The notes beneath the pieces were generated by a model. It did no database searches. It saw nothing but the letters and a program-made list of their open reading frames with translations, and had not been told where the DNA came from. From an uncultured Verrucomicrobiae bacterium (lineage in GTDB: Bacteria; Verrucomicrobiota; Verrucomicrobiia; Chthoniobacterales; JAATET01): a stretch of DNA of 64,000 nucleotides. A program made the translations under genes and the position numbers. Positions 61,481-64,000 of this stretch are shown piece after piece. The stretch lies in the NCBI GenBank assembly GCA_963719495.1, contig CAVRCI010000002.1, forward strand, positions 736,001-800,000, read 5' to 3'. Within the stretch, counting starts at the first letter, position 1. Every line of letters begins with the position of its first letter.

Positions 61481-64000
61481 GTGATTACGTGGAGTTGCAC
61501 GCGCGGAGTGCGTTTTCGTTTCTTCGCGGGGCCTCCCAACCGGAGGACCTGGTTTTGGCGGCGGCGGCGCTGGGACTGGCTCGGCTGGCGGTTTGTGATC
61601 GGGATGGGGTTTACGGGTCGGCCCGGGTGAACGCGGCGGCGAAGGAGGTGGGGGTGCGGCCCATCGTGGGGGCGGAGCTGACGCTCGAGGATGGGGGGAT
61701 TCTGCCGGTGCTGGTGAAAGATCGGACGGGGTATCAAAATCTGTGCCGCTTGATCACGCGGGCGAAATTGCGGGGGACGAAGACGGAGTGCGCGGTGCGG
61801 TGGGACGAGGTGGGTGGGGAATCGACCGAGGGGCTGATGGCCTTGGTGGGGGGGCGGGCGGACGCGGTAAGGTTGGACCGGGTGGTGGGGGCTTTTGGGC
61901 GGGACGACGTCGTGGTGGAGGTGCGGCGGCACTTTTTGCGGGGGGAGGAGCGGCGGAACGAATTGATGGTCGAATTGGCGGCGAGTCGGCGGGTGCCGGT
62001 GGTGGCGACCAATGGCGTGCTCTACGCGACGCCGGAGCGGCGGCGGGTGCTGGACGTTTTTACCTGCATCCGGCACCACACGCACCTCGACCGGGCGGGG
62101 CGGCTGCTCAGCGCGAACGCCGAGCGGCACCTCAAGCCGGGGCGGGCGATGGAGCGGCTCTTCAAGGACCTGCCGGAGGCGATCACGAACACGGCGCGGA
62201 TCGCGGAGCGGTGCGAATTTTCGTTGGAGAATCTGGGTTATGAATTTCCGACGCTGGACGTGCCGGAGGGGCAGACGATGGCTTCGTGGTTGCGGGTGCA
62301 GGCTTACGAGGGGGCGCGGCGGCGGTATGGGACGATCTCGGAGGCGGTGCGGCGGCAGCTCGAGCGGGAGCTCGAGCTGATCATCGAGCTGGGGTTCTCC
62401 GGCTATTTTCTCATCGTTTGGGATCTGGTGAATTTCTGCCGGGACGAGAACATTCTCGTGCAGGGGCGCGGGAGCGCGGCGAACAGCGTGGTCTGCTATT
62501 GCCTGGGGATCACGGCGTGCGATCCGATTCATCACAAATTGCTCTTCGAGCGTTTTCTCAGCGAAAGCCGGAAGTCGTGGCCGGATATCGACCTGGATCT
62601 GCCGAGCGGCGACCGGCGGGAGCGGGTGATCCAGGAGGTGTATCGGCGCTACGGGAAACAGGGGGCGGCGATGACGGCGAACGTGATCACCTACCGGGGC
62701 CGGAGCGCGATGCGGGAGATCGGGAAGGCGCTGAACTTCCCGCCGGAAATCCTCGACCGGTTCTCGCGGCTGCACGCGGCGGGTGACTTCCCGCACACGC
62801 TGGAATTGCGCGAGCAATTGGCGCAGGCGGGGTTGCCGGTGAGTCACGCGCGGTCGGAGGCGGCCATCGATCTTTATCAGCAGATGCGCGGGTTGCCGCG
62901 GCATTTGGGTCAGCACTCGGGCGGGATGATCATTTGCCGGGGGGCGCTCAGCTCGGTCGTGCCGCTGGAGAACGCGTCGATGCCGGGGCGGGTGGTGGCG
63001 CAGTGGGACAAGGACGATTGCGAGGATCTCGGCATCGTGAAGGTCGATTTGTTGGGGCTGGGGATGATGGCGGTGATGCAGGATTCGCTGGAAATGTGCC
63101 GGGAGCGGCGCGGCGACGTGGCGGACATGGCGGCGATCCCGGCGGACGACGCGGCGACCTACGATCTGATGTGCGCGGCGGACACGGTGGGCACGTTTCA
63201 AGTCGAGAGCCGGGCGCAGATGGCGACGCTGCCGAAGCTGAAGCCGCGATGTTTTTACGACGTGGTGATCCAGGTGGCGGTCATTCGGCCGGGTCCGATT
63301 CAGGGTGGAATGCTCCACCCGCTCTTTGCGCGGCGGGACGGCGAGCCGTTCGAACACATTCACCCGCTGCTCGCGGACACGCTCGAGCGCACCTACGGCG
63401 TTCCGTTGTTTCAGGAGCAATTGCTCAAGATGGCGATGGTGATGGCGGACTTCACGGGCGGCGAGGCGGAGGAACTGCGGCGGGCGTTGAGCTTTCATCG
63501 TTCGCACGATAAAATGGACAAGGTCTGCGTGAAGCTGCGGGACGCGATGGCGGCGAAGGGGATCGCGGATTCGGTGGCGGAGGAGATCGTGCGGTCGGTG
63601 CAGTCGTTCGCGGTGTATGGGTTTCCCGAGAGCCACGCGATCAGTTTTGCGCTCATCGCCTACGCGAGCTGCTGGTTGAAAACGCACCGGGGGCCGGAAT
63701 TTTTCTGCGCGCTGTTGAACAATCAGCCGATGGGTTTCTACTCGGCGGCGACGCTCGTGCAGGACGCAAAGATGCGGGGCGTGAAGATGCGGCCGGTGTC
63801 GGTGCTGACGTCCGGATGGCGCTGCACGGTGGACGCGGACGATTCCGTGCGGCTGGGGTTGTGCGTGGTGAAGGGAATCAGCGAGGCGGAGGGCGGACGG
63901 ATCGTGGCTGAGCGGGGGGTGCGGGCGTTCGCGAGCGTGACGGATTTCAAGGCGCGGACGGGGCTGCCGAAGGACGTGCTGCGGAATCTCGCGCGGATCG
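61477..64000 (+). CDS. dnaE2: Error-prone DNA polymerase DnaE2 (partial, runs off the window)
   Basis: TTG start after AGGAGG; DYVELHARSAFSFLRGAS, QGRGSAANS, WPDIDLD, PRHLGQHSGG, YGFPESHA, LNNQPMGFYS. Confidence 0.95.
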   Translation, partial: MSDYVELHARSAFSFLRGASQPEDLVLAAAALGLARLAVCDRDGVYGSARVNAAAKEVGVRPIVGAELTLEDGGILPVLVKDRTGYQNLCRLITRAKLRGTKTECAVRWDEVGGESTEGLMALVGGRADAVRLDRVVGAFGRDDVVVEVRRHFLRGEERRNELMVELAASRRVPVVATNGVLYATPERRRVLDVFTCIRHHTHLDRAGRLLSANAERHLKPGRAMERLFKDLPEAITNTARIAERCEFSLENLGYEFPTLDVPEGQTMASWLRVQAYEGARRRYGTISEAVRRQLERELELIIELGFSGYFLIVWDLVNFCRDENILVQGRGSAANSVVCYCLGITACDPIHHKLLFERFLSESRKSWPDIDLDLPSGDRRERVIQEVYRRYGKQGAAMTANVITYRGRSAMREIGKALNFPPEILDRFSRLHAAGDFPHTLELREQLAQAGLPVSHARSEAAIDLYQQMRGLPRHLGQHSGGMIICRGALSSVVPLENASMPGRVVAQWDKDDCEDLGIVKVDLLGLGMMAVMQDSLEMCRERRGDVADMAAIPADDAATYDLMCAADTVGTFQVESRAQMATLPKLKPRCFYDVVIQVAVIRPGPIQGGMLHPLFARRDGEPFEHIHPLLADTLERTYGVPLFQEQLLKMAMVMADFTGGEAEELRRALSFHRSHDKMDKVCVKLRDAMAAKGIADSVAEEIVRSVQSFAVYGFPESHAISFALIAYASCWLKTHRGPEFFCALLNNQPMGFYSAATLVQDAKMRGVKMRPVSVLTSGWRCTVDADDSVRLGLCVVKGISEAEGGRIVAERGVRAFASVTDFKARTGLPKDVLRNLARI

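Overview
High-GC bacterial chromosome segment. Gene content and repeat types suggest Verrucomicrobiota (PVC group); this is an inference. Housekeeping and signalling genes: tmk (partial), mrp, pyrR-pyrB-pyrC, tgt, a GDPD, a PAS hybrid kinase, an ADP-ribosylglycohydrolase, a PfkB kinase, an FHA-cyclase/ftsK/rodZ-like operon, riboflavin synthase, a REC-GGDEF-EAL protein, tRNA-Ala(CGC), cydAB and a lexA-imuA-imuB-dnaE2 cassette. A 13.5-kb insertion hotspot (about 15.7-29.2 kb) holds a decayed hsdR, two IS4-family elements and their MITEs, an IS110/IS1111 element, IS630, IS1182 with a nested DUF4338-ISAs1 element, a PIN module and a tyrosine recombinase remnant. Main observations: (1) a tightly coupled operon of methyltransferase, nitrilase, ProA, glutamate-cysteine-ligase-like enzyme and SDR, with no proB, co-oriented with a betaine-type ABC transporter, which is a candidate undescribed small-molecule pathway; (2) an IS110 element whose downstream non-coding end contains matches to both its target and its donor junction (bridge/seek RNA), inserted in a recurrent GGACTGACCCC repeat; (3) the CTGACCC core of that repeat is also hit in a fixed orientation by IS4 elements and MITEs; (4) a LexA with a perfect 20-bp palindrome at its start; (5) several structured repeat families, some translated inside genes. 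All family assignments come from motif recognition by eye; no database searches were run.
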